Assembly (NCBI GenBank): GCA_008632985.1
Contig: QPGO01000071.1
Location: 124,001-172,291, forward strand
Direction: 5' to 3'
From: Psammoneis japonica
Taxonomy: Eukaryota
Length of the DNA: 48,291 bases
The position numbers were made by a program, and so were the translations under genes. Positions 25,394 through 38,089 of the stretch are shown in pieces. The first letter of the stretch is position 1. Each line of letters begins with the position of its first letter. Under the pieces are notes generated by a model. It was not told where the DNA came from. It saw nothing but the letters and a program-made list of their open reading frames with translations, and made no database searches.

Positions 25394-28300
25394 AGAGATG
25401 AGAAGAGGGTCTTCAGGAAGATGAATGCTTGCAAGAAGAAAGAGGATTCTAGCGTAAAGTCCTTTCAAGCACCAGTGAACCTGAACAAAAATCTGAAGAC
25501 ATGTGAAAATTGGATGACAGTCGACACCCCAGACGAGGTTGCTGCAGCTTTGCAGACACAGAACCAACATCATTTCGGCTCAGTCAAGCCAAAGGTGCAC
25601 CACAAACTGTTCCTCCCTTGTCAGTTGACCCATGATGCAAAGGTGACACCATCGTGGCAGATCTCATTTTAGATGGGGAGTGCGAGACCAGTCAGTTCAA
25701 TCTTGCAACTTCGTCACTCGCTCAGCATCTTCGCAGACGTGCACAACCAGCAGTGCGGAACCATCTCTCATCTGCTGCTTTGCTGTCTAAATGGAAGATG
25801 TGGCCCAAATCTGCATCTGCCTCACTGAAATCAGGACTGCACCTTGGCCACTGGAAGGTGCTGCATGCCCCTCATTCTCACGCCAACAATCAAGATGCCC
25901 AAGGCAATCCATCATCAAAGAACAAGGTGCATCTCGACCAAGTCCAGCAAACATTGTTTGCAATTCACCTCCATCTGATCAACTGCGCTTTGAAGTGGGG
26001 AGATGTTCATGTGACCGTTAGAAAGACATCATCAGTGTGATGATGTTCAAAGAACCAGGCAATGACAAAATCCACCGGCTGCAAGCAGTTCACATGTGCA
26101 AAGCAGATTTTCAGATTGTCACGAGTGTGAAGTGGCAAGAATTGGCTCAGCACATGGAGAACCACTGAATGCACAACCCCAGCATTCATGGATGCCATTC
26201 CTTCTTGTCCATCCAGACTCTGGTTTTTCTTGAGAACTTGATGTTAGAAACATCACGAGCTTCTCAAAAGACTTTGCTGACAAGTGATGATGATTGCACC
26301 TCCTGTTGTGATGGAAACATCCCTGCAATCATCGGACTGTGTTCCTGGAGTGATGGAATGGATTCTCACATGGTTGAAGTTAACATGGCCACCTTGCATC
26401 ACGCTCAACAGTGGCATCAGACCATGTCATGATTGACTCAGCAGAGTTGCTCTTGTGCTGAAGAATGACCCCTTTGTGGCCCAGGTCAAGGAAGTGGGAA
26501 CCCTCCGTGGTGTTGGAATGCTTTGTGCAGCTGCCTCTTCAACATTTTTGATGCAAGAGCCATTGGTGCATGCTTCAAAACCCCTGAAGGCAGGTTTTTC
26601 ATCCAAGTGTGCAACCGAGAATGTGCAGACCACACGTGCAAACAGGTCAACAATTTTTGAGCAAGCCTTCAACCTTCTGCACTCAATTTGTCCTTTTCTC
26701 TTCAACAGGACAATCAACTTTGGTGTGATTTGCTTGATGCTGCTGGACATGAACTTGAGTTGCCAAAGTGCTCTTTTCATGCAGTTGAATGGGAGCAAAC
26801 TGAGTGTGGTGATCCGCACATTTGCCCACACCACAATGACCTGGACGTCAAAGTTTTCTCAGCAGACAGGTCTGCTTCTCAATCCAGCACACAACTTTTG
26901 GTGCATGCTCTGCATAAAACGCTCGGACATCACGTGGCTCCAATTGGCACCCAGAAGACTCAGTTGAAGAAACTCCAAACCAAGAGCAACACTGTGACCC
27001 TCTTCCTTGTTTGATCCTGTCCTCTTGATCAGACTGAAACATGGCGACACTGCCACACATGCTGCCTTTCTTTGATGACTTGTGTGCTTCCAAATTTGAC
27101 CTTCCTCCCAAAAGAGTTGCTCGCTGTTCAACAAAAAGCTGTGCGGATTGTGTTTGCCAAATGTGGGCACAATGGAAATGCAAAACAACTCATCCTGTGT
27201 GGACCACAATCTCTTGGCGGTGGCAACTTTTGATCATTGGAAGTGGAACAAGGCACAGCTCAACTGCAATTGTTCCTCTGAAACATTCCAGGGGTGCCAC
27301 AAACCTCAATTTAGGAGAAGATCAACCACGCAAACTGCTGCACATTGCAATCTCCTGGATCCAGCTGAACTCAGGAACAGGAGTGAGCTTCCTGTGGGAC
27401 ATTAACACAGTGCTCCTGTGCATGGAATCCTGTTGGTTTGCTTCCATCCATTCATTCTTAAACAGGATTCATGGCAAAGGATGATGACCGGCACATCATG
27501 GATGTCATCCTTCAGCCTCAACTCTTTTCTCACCATGAAATCAGATGGATCAATTGCTGTCATTTGTGCTTGCAAGTGCTGCCAGCATCTGACATCACTT
27601 TGTCAGATGGTTTGACAATGGACACTGCAAAAACAGCCAGAGATCCTTTGCTTCAGAGCAGCTCAAGTGCACTGAATGATGTTGAGCAGCAAAATTCAGG
27701 AACAAGAGCTTAGGCCGCATGGAAGAAGTTCTGTGCTTCCCTGTGTCATCCAGCATCACAGACTCTGAAAGAACCTCTTGGCAACTGGTTGGTGCCCCCT
27801 TCTCAGATGCATGGCCTCTGCTTGTTTTTCTCCTTCTGAAGACTGCTTTTGTGCATTCGGTCTGCCACCAGGCATGACATTTTTCAGGTGAATGGCACCA
27901 GAACTGACTCAATCACAGAGTTGGAGATAGTCCCAACACCATCCAATGAATCTTTTCCAGCAGAGCTGTCCACAATGGAAGACAGGTGATGGGTGTTCAC
28001 CCTGCCACGTGCTTCTGTGTTGGATCCACCAATTTCCAGGTTGCCGGATGCATTCCAGGACATGCTGCAATCTTTGTCCCAATGGGAGGCTGTGTTGTTT
28101 GAACAACTCGAATTTTGCGTGTCACCCCATGTGCTGATCCAACATTTTGCATCTTTGACTTCTTTGACTGCTGGAAGTGATGGATTTGCAAAGGAGAGAG
28201 CTGCTGCCTTTGGTTGGATGATTGCTCTTGCAGGGACTCCATTGGTTGATTGCACTGGCCCCATTTTCAGAATGCAGCCATTGTCACACCAAGCAGAAGC

Positions 28301-29880
28301 ATGCAGGATTCTTTCAATCTTCCAACTCATCTGCCAATTTGTGGAATGCTGCCGAATGGAACAGTTTCCGGAGATGGAAGTGCACTGTGACAACAAAGCC
28401 CTGGTGTCTTGTCTGGAACAGACTGCCTTCACCCTTCCAGCTCCATCTCCAGGAGAACAGTCCAACAACACAAGAGACTTTCACATCAGACACCACAGAG
28501 CCAACACCCTCTCCTGTGGCTGGGATGTCATCAACAAGACATTGCATTCTTGTGTTGCAATGGAGAGATCCTGCTCAACTGGTGTGTCATCCCCACCATC
28601 TGTGCAAGTGAAGTGGGCAAAAGGACACCAAGATTGACATGCCCCTGTCCATGCACTTCCACTCAATGCCAGAGTGAATGCATGAGCAGATCAATCAGCT
28701 GGTGCATGCTGAGGCCATTGCAATTGGGGTGCTGCAGGGTGCTGTCCTTTTCTCATTGTCGCTCATGTTTGAGTCTCCAAGACGGCACTCTGACATCAGG
28801 TTGCAAATGGCAAATTGTCAGGCGTGCTGCCACCACCCCACAGCTCCTGCAGTGCATCATCGAGCATGGTCAGTGGCACCCAGATGTGATCGATCTGACA
28901 GATTGGGGCGCTCGTGCCACACTGACAAAACATCACTCCAAGCAACACATTGGGACAGTCAAGCTGGTCCATGATCTTCTGCTCACCAACAAGATGGTCC
29001 ACAGATGCAACTCAGCACAACCACTGCACCATTGTCTGCTGCTGGCATCCAATGGAAGACGGGGATCATGTCCTTTGATGTCCACACAACAAACCCTGGC
29101 ACAGAAATTTCCTGCAAGGTTTAAGAGGTGCTGTTGCGATCGAATTGATGCCGTGCCTGCACTTTCACAACTTTTTATTGGACTCCATCCAAGCACAGTT
29201 TAATGGCAAGATGGTTTGTCTTGAAGATTTAGATTGTCTCATTGCAGAGCCCTGTGACAGGCTCAATCTGACGTGGGGTGGAGACAAGTGTTTGGCAGAT
29301 GGTGCTCTGCTCTCTGGAGTGTCATTCAGCCCAGATGTCTGCAAGACTCAGGTGTTCTTCACAAGCACCAGGAAGAGAACAACCACCAAATTGGACAGTG
29401 CAGATGGGGTCATTCATCTGGAGACAATGGTGGAGTCTGTGGGAAGAACACAACCACCATGTGCACGGACACAATGCAGACACCAGGAAACCTTCTCAGT
29501 GATAAAAAGTGGAAGCCGAATTGACAGCTGTGTGCAACAAATGCCAAGAACATTTGGCTAAAGACCACGGGGTTTTGCTTGACTCTGCAGAAGAACATCA
29601 AACTTTCACCACAACGTGCACGCAAAATTGGATCTCAGTGGCAAGGCCCAGACTCAAAGAAAGTCTCAAGGAAGCCAAGAAGCCAGTGCTTTGCGGCATG
29701 CGCACCATCACCAGTTATTTCCGTCGGGCGTCTCCTCAGGGAGACACCGATTCAGGCTGATCGTGTTAACTTCTGCTGCATCCCCAAGTGGGGTGCACTA
29801 GAGGTGTGGGACAGCTGGCGCCGGTGTTGCTGGGCAAAGGTGTAATGGCACTTAAAGTTAGTTTTCTTTTTTATTTTGCT
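25394..29880 (+). mobile_element. Ambal-like LINE, 3' part: degenerate reverse transcriptase, RNase H and C-terminus (3' boundary approximate)
   Basis: RT: SGLHLGHWK, FKEPGNDKIHRL..H...ADF, DDDCTSCCD, GPGQGSGNPP, LELPKC. RNase H: AGSDG...AAFGW, HCDNKALV, VKWAKGHQD. Ends RTITSYF...TGA at 29760. Many frameshifts and stops. Confidence 0.8.
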
Positions 29881-30041
29881 TAGTTTTAACAGCATTTGTC
29901 TCTGTACGTAGGTTCGTGTGCCTAGCCTCCTTGGCAATCTCTGCCTTTCAACATGCCTTCTTTGTTGCCGTCAGCACAAAGGTAGTCAAGCAACGATGGT
30001 CTTGTCACACTGGGCATGCTGACAACTTCTGGCTCTATAAA

Positions 30042-31509
30042 TTACAAAGTAACATCTACGACACTCTCGACAGATACAACGTTGTCAAGCAACAATATTT
30101 CAACAAGGCCTTGAATTTTGGAGTTGAATGCACTTTGGAATTCCGCCTCTGACGGAGCTCGATCTTCCACATTTGGGGCGCACAAACATGTGGCAAGAGA
30201 CTCTTGGAGCAGACGATCCTCGACGCGAAATGTTGTAATCATATTTCGCCTCCCTTCACTAAAAGATCTAGATCTGTTACCACAACCTCGGCATCGCCCT
30301 CTCGTGCGGTAGAGATATGCGAAACTGCGACTTGCATTTTGTAACCGCCGATTCCTAACACTTGCTAAATCAATTTCCACAGTGTCAATCACTCGAAACA
30401 AGGGATCGCACAATTCAAAACTCAGCGCATTGTATAGATTGTAGGTTTCTTTGTATGCTTGAACCAATGTATCAATCTCTTGAGGCGTAACAGCTTCAGG
30501 GTCTCCAAAATGCTGAATCCTGACTTCAGACTCAAATGTGCTTACTTCAGAACTACAATCAACCTCCTCCAACTCTCCCACACCCTTTATCGCGGGGGGG
30601 TCATATACGACAGGGCCGGGAGGCGGGGCGATTGCACGGTTGTATTGAAATGTAAAATCGCCCAAGAGCGGCGCTGGGCAATTGCAAATTGTTTCATTGC
30701 CAGAGCTGCTATCAACAAATTTATATTTGTTGAAGGACTGACGTGCCAATGGCTTGAAATAGAATGATGATTCGTGAATTCTAAAGAAGGGATGACCATT
30801 TTCTGCAAGCCTCCTTCTCCTTCGTCGACTATCATTGAATGCTCTGCTACGACCACCGCAGCCACGACAACGTCCTGTGACACGTATTAAGTGCCTCCTT
30901 GACCTGTCCAGTTTCCTTCGGCGTACCGTCAACCCTGGATTGACCGATTCAGGCAAAGCGTCTGCACTATCAAGGATCAACGACTCCGGTCCACAGTTTG
31001 AGGCAGTAATGTTGTTGTATATATCGAGAAACAGTTGAGACCTAAAATCAAAAAAGCCTATTTCTTCAAAAATCAGCGTGCTTTCAAAGAAATCAAGCGG
31101 TTCACTTCCACAGTCAGTTTCTTCCTTGTTCTCCTTCGGTTTGTTTTTCTCTATTTTCTTGTTCAGTGCCGTCGTTTTGTGCTTCTTGATCATCTTCTGA
31201 TTCCCGGCTTGGTTGGGCTTGTGTATTTTTTGAATAATGCCAATTGGTTTCTGTTTCAGGATCCTTTGCACGAATACGTGCACCCTTCCCTCCTGGCTTC
31301 TTGTGAACTGGTTTCAGATGGTGTTTGGGGAAAATACAACCATCGGTCTTCTTCCCTCCCCTTCGTTTGCCTTTCTTTCCTTTGCCAATGTGGCCTTTGG
31401 CATAGTGGTGGGGCCAACAATGCACACAAAGATTGATGCATGCTATGAAAGATACGAAGGCAACTGTCAAGCAGCGATTCATAGGGAGGATAAGCATCAT
31501 CTTGGTCAT
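30042..31509 (-). CDS. Putative secreted protein with signal peptide, basic/acidic linker and two tandem Cys-containing repeat domains with RxL-type motifs; frameshift near 31115-31280
   Basis: ORF 31114-31509 supplies a hydrophobic N-terminus (CLTVAFVSFIACINLCVHC). ORF 30042-31283 supplies duplicated units (xGRCRGCG..SR.F...RR, CxC.P) with RRLA, RRLQ and RLLQ sites. TpA content is normal. Confidence 0.65.
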
Positions 31510-32039
31510 TTTCTTGAGCTGCTTTGAATCGTATCATACTGTAATTACTCAACGCAAAACGCAACGCACCTGTCACCACTCAATACTCGACGCACTATAT
31601 CACCACTCAACGCTCAACGCATTTTTTATCACCACTCAACGCTCAACGCATTCATCATGAATACGACAACGGATGACAGCTTGAACGAGTTTCTTTTTGG
31701 CGCATAGTTAGTAGAACTTACATTCTGTACTTCATTCTACATGCAACGACCTTCCCACAAGCAAATGAATAAAGCTGCAATGAAGCGAATGTGCCATTGC
31801 GTGCCGCTTCGTTTGGCCACAATCCGCACAATTTTACAATGTTGCTTCCACTCTTGACTGTTGACGCTGGGGGGGGCATTGAAGCCTGAAGAACTTTCCA
31901 AGGCTTATCGTGATATGGTAATGTGAAGGAATTCGACGAGGAAGGGTAGCCTTTATCGGTTTAGGGGGGAGAATTTTTCGATAAAATGGGGAATCCCCCC
32001 GATGAAAAGCCGGGGGCCCAGTTTTTGGAAGGCAGCGCC

Positions 32040-34100
32040 TGCAGTACAGTGCACGTGGGTGGTGTGGGGTGGGCAGGGCTGCATGCAGTCTCTGCTCTAG
32101 AGAGCAGGAAGAGAGATGCATGTCAGGCAGCAGAGTGGTTGCAGTTGCCACTTTGGTGGCAGGCACTCTCTGCTCTGGGCACCAGCAGCACAGCATGTTG
32201 AGCAGAATGCCCGCGTGGCCTTGTTTGATTGGAGGGGTGTGTGTGGCGTGCGTGGGGCACGCGTGTGGCCGCGAGCACTGGCGCAACTCAAGAGTGGACA
32301 AGTTGCGGTGGCAAACAATTCCCTGATCTTGTGTCTTCAGCCATTCAGACAATGACTCCATTCTCTCTCTTGCACAACCTTCATTTCACAGCCCTCGTGT
32401 GCAAATTTTGCTCACAGCTCTGTCAGAACGAGCTCGCGCTAACCACTGCAAATCACGCACACAAGTCAATGCACACGGACAAACTCCCATTGCAACCTGG
32501 ATGCTTTGTGGCAAAATGTCAATTCCTGATGAGTGTCACACAAATCAATGTAAGATCGCTGCATGTCACATGTGCAAGAACTCATGTTGCAGCCCGGATT
32601 TTCTGTGACAAAAACTGTTGCATTCCTGCAGCCAAACTCAGCAGCCACCACATGCACTCAGTCAGCAAGTCACAAAAAAACTTTGGCGTCACTTGCCCAG
32701 GTGGTCAGTGAAAAGTCATCTGACAATCAACCAAGTGCGTCGTGCTGCTTTGAACCAGTGCTCCACTTGGCGGTGCTCAGAAAGCCCTGTTTGGTCATGT
32801 GCAAGAAAGAGAGAGAGTGCAATCTTGTCAGAAAGAAGCCTTGTTTGATTTTCATGGAACAAGTTCCTTGGGAGAGAAAAGACATGCTTGACTGCACCAG
32901 AAGATGGCTGAACCAAAGCGATGAGAAATGTGCAGCCTCAAACCACACACTCCCTGAGGTGCTTGCTGCAACTGCACAAGCACTCTTGCAGTCTGCATGA
33001 TGAAGCCACATCACCTGCACTTTCTCTTCTTTTTGTCATTCTCAAGTTCAAAACCCATGCTCAGACAAAGACAGGAGCAGCGCCAAGTGAGAATGTTGCG
33101 TGCTGACATGCAAGCTGGCAGCGGCTCATGACCCATGTGCTCCAGACAAAATAAACTGGGGAGCCCCCCCCCCCCTGAGCTGGCAAGCCTGAGGAAAAGG
33201 CAAGAACATGCCTTGACTGAGCTTGCCAGGCAGCTCATGGTGCAGAAATTTGACCCAGAAATCATGCAGCTGCTGGAGAACATAAAAAAATCAGCCAAGT
33301 CAACCACAGAGATGACAAGGTTCTCCCAGGAAAGGCGCGCGCGCATCCCAACAAGGCTCTGGGAGTCAATGTGCAGGATGACAGCAAACTGCAGGTTGTT
33401 GTTGAGGCAGAAATCTCAAACAGAGATTCCCTTCCTCTGGCAAAATGTGCGCCTGCACTCATGACAGGTTGGGAAAATCTCCGCTGCATTGCTGGACTGA
33501 AGATTCACAAATGCACTAAAAAGGGGGCAAAAATTGCCTGTGTTTGTCATGCATGGAAGAAAAGGATCAACAGCGCCATTTGCAATGATCGCATTTTTGA
33601 TGTTGGCCCCAAACCGAGCAGCATGTGATCCCGCAAGGATGTTGCACAATTCTGGAGGAATGTCACAATTCATGTCGACTTCCAGAAAATCTCAACCGAC
33701 AATGGAAATTCATTCAAAGTCAAAGCACTGCCCAGTGACCTGGGCTGTCCGCTGCTGTTTGAGGAGTGCCTAGATGAATTGGAAGACCATTTCACAGTCT
33801 CCACCCACAAGGCAGATGTCTGCCATGGCCACACTCCAACCAAAAGGTTTGAAAGAAGAAGAATTCAAAGTTTTTTGTTGAGCTGAAAAACAAGGAACCA
33901 CTTGAGATTGACCTGTTTCTTGTGTTGAGAAGCACTCACAAGGCTAAGACAAAAGACTTCAAACAAAACCAATGAATCAAGGGCCCTTGTTCATTGCCTC
34001 TGTGACAAATGCAACTGCTTGTGGGCCAATTGATGCTAATTTGCGGAAAGAGAGATCGTTGTTCTCCTTTCATTGAGTTTGCTTTGAACTAATTTCTTCA
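32040..34100. pseudogene. Degenerate TpA-depleted repeat remnant, family unassigned (boundaries approximate)
   Basis: Sharp onset of TA-poor, TG/CA-rich sequence at about 32045. Broken Cys/His-rich frames. Poly-C at about 33164-33175. Confidence 0.5.
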
Positions 34101-34667
34101 CTTTTTGCGGTGGTTTTTTTAGTGTTCATGATTTTTCTCTCAAGACGGGCTGAGTGTCAATTAAAATGCTGGGGCGATGCACCGGCCGGGGCCTGGGTGA
34201 GGAGGTTCCACAGCGCGTGGGGTAATGGTGCCGACCATGGGTCATTAGTCACCTCCAAGTAACGCAGCAGATGATGAAGAACCCAACGTGGTGGCCAACC
34301 GAGTCGATGCTTTTCATCCTCACCGTGATGTCGTTCGGCCTCGGAGCCCACCAGTCGCAGCAGCGAGTAATGCTGGACGACGCGTCGCCAGTCACACGAA
34401 ACGAGGAACCCACCGGAGGAGGAGTCATTCGATACAACATGACATTCGTTCAAGCAATTCATGTGCCCGCCGGGGCACAACAAAATCATGAAGGAAGAAC
34501 TGAGGAAAATGTTTATGGGAAGGACGGCTGCATCTGAGAATTTCAATGGAATCGACACTGGTCACTAATGCAGCATACGAATAGAACCATCTTGACTACA
34601 AGTTTGCGTACTAACTTGTTAGGTTAATCTATAGTTAACGAGGCTTTAAGGGAAACCGGCGTCATTT

Positions 34668-36640
34668 TTATTGGCTCGCTCCTCCTCCTCCACTATGGCT
34701 TTCATTCAAAAGAGCGCATTCCATCTTGATGACTTTGAGCGCGTTGTCTACGGCAATCCGATCCTTGGCCGCCTGTTTCCAATCACGAATGGTAAAGGCC
34801 GCCTGTCCTTCTAGCTTGTCCAGCTGTTCTACCGCACGGTCCAGCTCACCGAGTTGAACATGTCGCTGTGCCTTGACCAAAATGTAATCGGGAGCACCAT
34901 CGTCGTCTTGAGAGGCTGCTTCTTCCGGAGACGGACTTAGTTTAAGAGTCGAAAAGGCCATTCCCATTAGCTGTCCTTCCAATCCAGACCAGCCCTTGGG
35001 AACCATGGCGGCTTGGCGAGCCTTGTTCTGAATCGTTTCAAAGCGGGTCTGCAACTCCGACAGGGTTGGAACTCCCTCCTTGACTGACTTTTCAGGAATC
35101 TTTTTCAAGGCTGTTGCAATGACTCCATTGTCGCCAGACGCATACGAAAGAGCATTTAGTTCTGCCTCGGCGCCCTTGTTGGTTTCCAGCTTGGCACCCA
35201 AGGCCATTGCCGCGGCACTGACACGGTGGGCCATTTGAGAGCCACTCTCAAAGGTTTTGCTCGCTTCGAGGGACGACTCGAGTTGCTGCAACTGAGATGA
35301 TAATTCTTCCAAGGAGGCCATTTTCGTTTGAAGCTCTTGAGCAAACTCTGCCTTGGCCGCAGCCAATTTGTTGCCGAATTCGGCTTCGTGCTTTGAAGAT
35401 ATTTCTCGAGACAAGCGTTGTTCTGTGCTTTCCAAATCAGCCTTGTGTTCCGCCGCTTGTGCATCAACGGCGGCCTTGACGACGGATTGGATGGCATCCT
35501 CTTTGGCTTGTAGCGCGGCGTTGGTTTGACGGGTCATCTCCTGTTCTTGTTCCAACAAGCGACGTGCCAGGAGTCCTTCAAACTCCATACGCTGTTGCTG
35601 AAGAATCTCCATGTACCTACAAAGAAAAGAAGAAGAGAGAAAAGAGGGTGAGATAAGAAACCAACAACAACTAAACCCCATACACATTCGCTGTCACAAC
35701 TCAACTTGTCTGCCGTTTCCTTTTCCTTGAGTGCCAAGAATTCCTTCATTCGCACCGCCTCCCACTTGGTTCTCTCGTTCATTTCCGCCGCCAATTGAAC
35801 CACGCGAGCCCTAAGCTCGGTATCGGATAGCTTGTCGACATCAGTCAATAGGGATTCATCCAGATTGGCACGAAGAGCCTTGTGCGCTTTTTGAAGAGTA
35901 GCAGAAGCCTCCTCGTCTTCCTTGGAACGCAACTCTTGGGCAGCCGCGTCTGCCGTCCACAAGTGAGCTGTAGCTTCAGCCTTCTTTTTTGGTTCCATGG
36001 CGACCCGATTTCCTTGAGGTGGATGCGAAATCTCTGCCGCGTTACTCAACGCAGCCGGACGAGTTCCTGGAGGTGGAACGTGAATAGTTGTCACGCGGTG
36101 TCCGGTCGGTTCCTTTGCTTCCTCCTTGGGTGCTTCCTCTTCTTTTGTGACTGGAGCTTCTTCCTTCTTGACCGGTTCAGGCTTTTTCTCCTCCTTCTTT
36201 GCAGCAGGCTCTTCTGTAACTCGCTTCTTTTCCACTACAGCAGCAACAGGTTCTGCCTTGGGCTCTTTCTTTTCCACCTTTGCAATCTCCTGTTCGACAA
36301 GACCAGGCATACTCCTCTCCTTGGCCTTAATGGGCTCTGGAGACTGTGGTTGCGAGTTCATGTACATGTATCCTCCAACACCCAATGCAGCCACCGCAGC
36401 AACACCAATCAGGAGCGAGTTACTGCTGCCGCTATCCTGCTTGGAAGGCGTCGGAGGAGGAGGCACTCCTTTATCACCGCCACCACCACTCGATACTGGG
36501 GGCTTTGAATCTGTTCCTTCCAATTGTTTCTTGTTGAGAGCACGCTTTTGTGCGGCAGTCGTCATCATGGGTCGAGTGCTACGCCGATATGCAGATAGCA
36601 CGGCGGCTCGCTTTGGGAGAATCGATAACTGTCTCAACAT
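34668..36640 (-). CDS. MIC60: MICOS complex subunit MIC60 (mitofilin), about 627 aa; exons 36640-35706 and 35616-34668
   Basis: Presequence MLRQLSILPKRAAVLSAYRRSTR, a single TM (LLIGVAAVAALGVGGYMYM), a long coiled coil and a C-terminal mitofilin domain (GVPTLSELQTRF...DYILVKAQRHVQLGELDRAVEQLDKLEGQAAFTIRDWKQAAKDR). GT-AG intron 35617-35705 restores KEKETADK|YMEILQQQR in frame. Confidence 0.9.
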
Positions 36641-36959
36641 GGTCCTTACTGAATGAATCAAGCGGTCTATACAAGTCTATGGCGATACAGCAATCACTGT
36701 CCGCTGCCTCTTGTTACTGTCGACAATCGCAATTCAGGCCTAAGCAGCGAAAGCAACACAACACCAGCAGCACAATGCCTTCGTGCCTTCGGCTTGTTGA
36801 TGCGTCTCTGCCGACGAAACGCAGTACCTCGCGGTACAAATTTTACGTGGGGTCGGATCTGTGCTACTGTCGCGATCTTTTTGACTGTCTGTCTTCCCGT
36901 CGAACGCGACCTCGTACAGTACCTCGAGTCACGAGTCAACAACCGAGTCTGATTCACGG

Positions 36960-37779
36960 ATGACGCTTCCGGTCATGGATCTCTTCTTCCGGAAGAAATG
37001 TCCGTTGAGTCTTCTAGCGATAGTAATCGGAGTGACACACACGACCGTTAGGTCATAATGTCATCTCCAATCCCTCGTGAGATCTTCTCACAATTCGTAT
37101 CTTTAGCGTGTCTTATTGTCCCAAAACCACTTCTTATCATCCTCTGTTGAATTGTACAACCTCAAGAGAGTCCTGAACTCTCCATCCTACACAGTGCATT
37201 GTTGCATCCCAAGTGGTTACGACCCCAATCCACGCACCGGTGTCAACTCGCAACGGAGTTGCTGCCACTCGTTCGTCTCGTTACAGACGACATCCTGTCC
37301 AACGGCGATCTTCCATGTCGCAATCCAACGGCGATCATCTATGTCGCAATCCCCACCCACTAATCGATCCTCTATGTCGAATCATCCACAACCATGTCCA
37401 TGGATCCTGATGCCGTCAAGATGTTTGCTGAGGCCTTCGCCAAGATGCAAACCTCGACCAACCCTCCTGCGATCCCCACGCCGCTTCGCGGCGGTGTCCA
37501 CCACTCTCATGGAGTGCATCTGGGTGGTTTGGCTCTGAACAACAAGTGCAAGCAGACTGACACCCGCACCTGCCGTTTTGCCTCGCAACGTCGCCATCCG
37601 AAAGCTGTCGACTCTGTCGAGCGATCTCTCAGAGATCAACTCGCTTTGGCAACCACATCCAAGTTCAACGGCCAGATTGAGTTGTCCAACGGTTCCAGCG
37701 CTGAACTGGACAAAGACCACTTCGTCAAGACCATTCAGGACTTAATCGAGTCGCACGGACAAGAAACTTTCTACCATCT
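36960..37779 (+). mobile_element. Outer Ty1/Copia (CoDi-like) element, 5' part: probable LTR/UTR (start uncertain) and beginning of gag (ATG 37394)
   Basis: The gag frame MSMDPDAVKMF...GQETFYHL is cut at the CATCT target site and continues in frame as KKVDGKVV after 44863. Possible PBS GGTTACGACCC at about 37214. Confidence 0.7.
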
Positions 37780-38055
37780 TGATAGAAATTGAAGGCAAAC
37801 AGCAAGAATTCAAACAACAACTCCTTGCTGCTGTCTAAACAGCAGATGAGTCTCCGCTCAGAGACCGTTGCAGGAGCCGAAAGACATGCAAGTCGGTACA
37901 ATCGGGCTGCTGTTGTTGTTCTTGTGAGCCTTGTGGCTCGAAAGCAAACTACATCGCGCGTGAACGTGCGGAACTAAAGCACACAAAACTGTGCGCGGTA
38001 AACTAAACAGCGCGCGATGCTTCGCGCGCATCCAAATCCTGTTCAAATCCTGTCA
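37780..38055 (-). repeat. 3' LTR of the inner Copia
   Basis: Colinear with 44583-44858 with no indels. Preceded on the minus strand by the purine-rich tract AAACTGGGGAG (PPT, 38056-38066). Confidence 0.95.
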
Positions 38056-38089
38056 CTCCCCAGTTTGCTTGAGGAGCCACAGAAACAGA

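Noticed and set aside
34271..34537. 88-aa ORF with a hydrophobic segment
   Set aside because: No recognisable domain and an in-frame stop just upstream. It may be a gene fragment but is unsupported.
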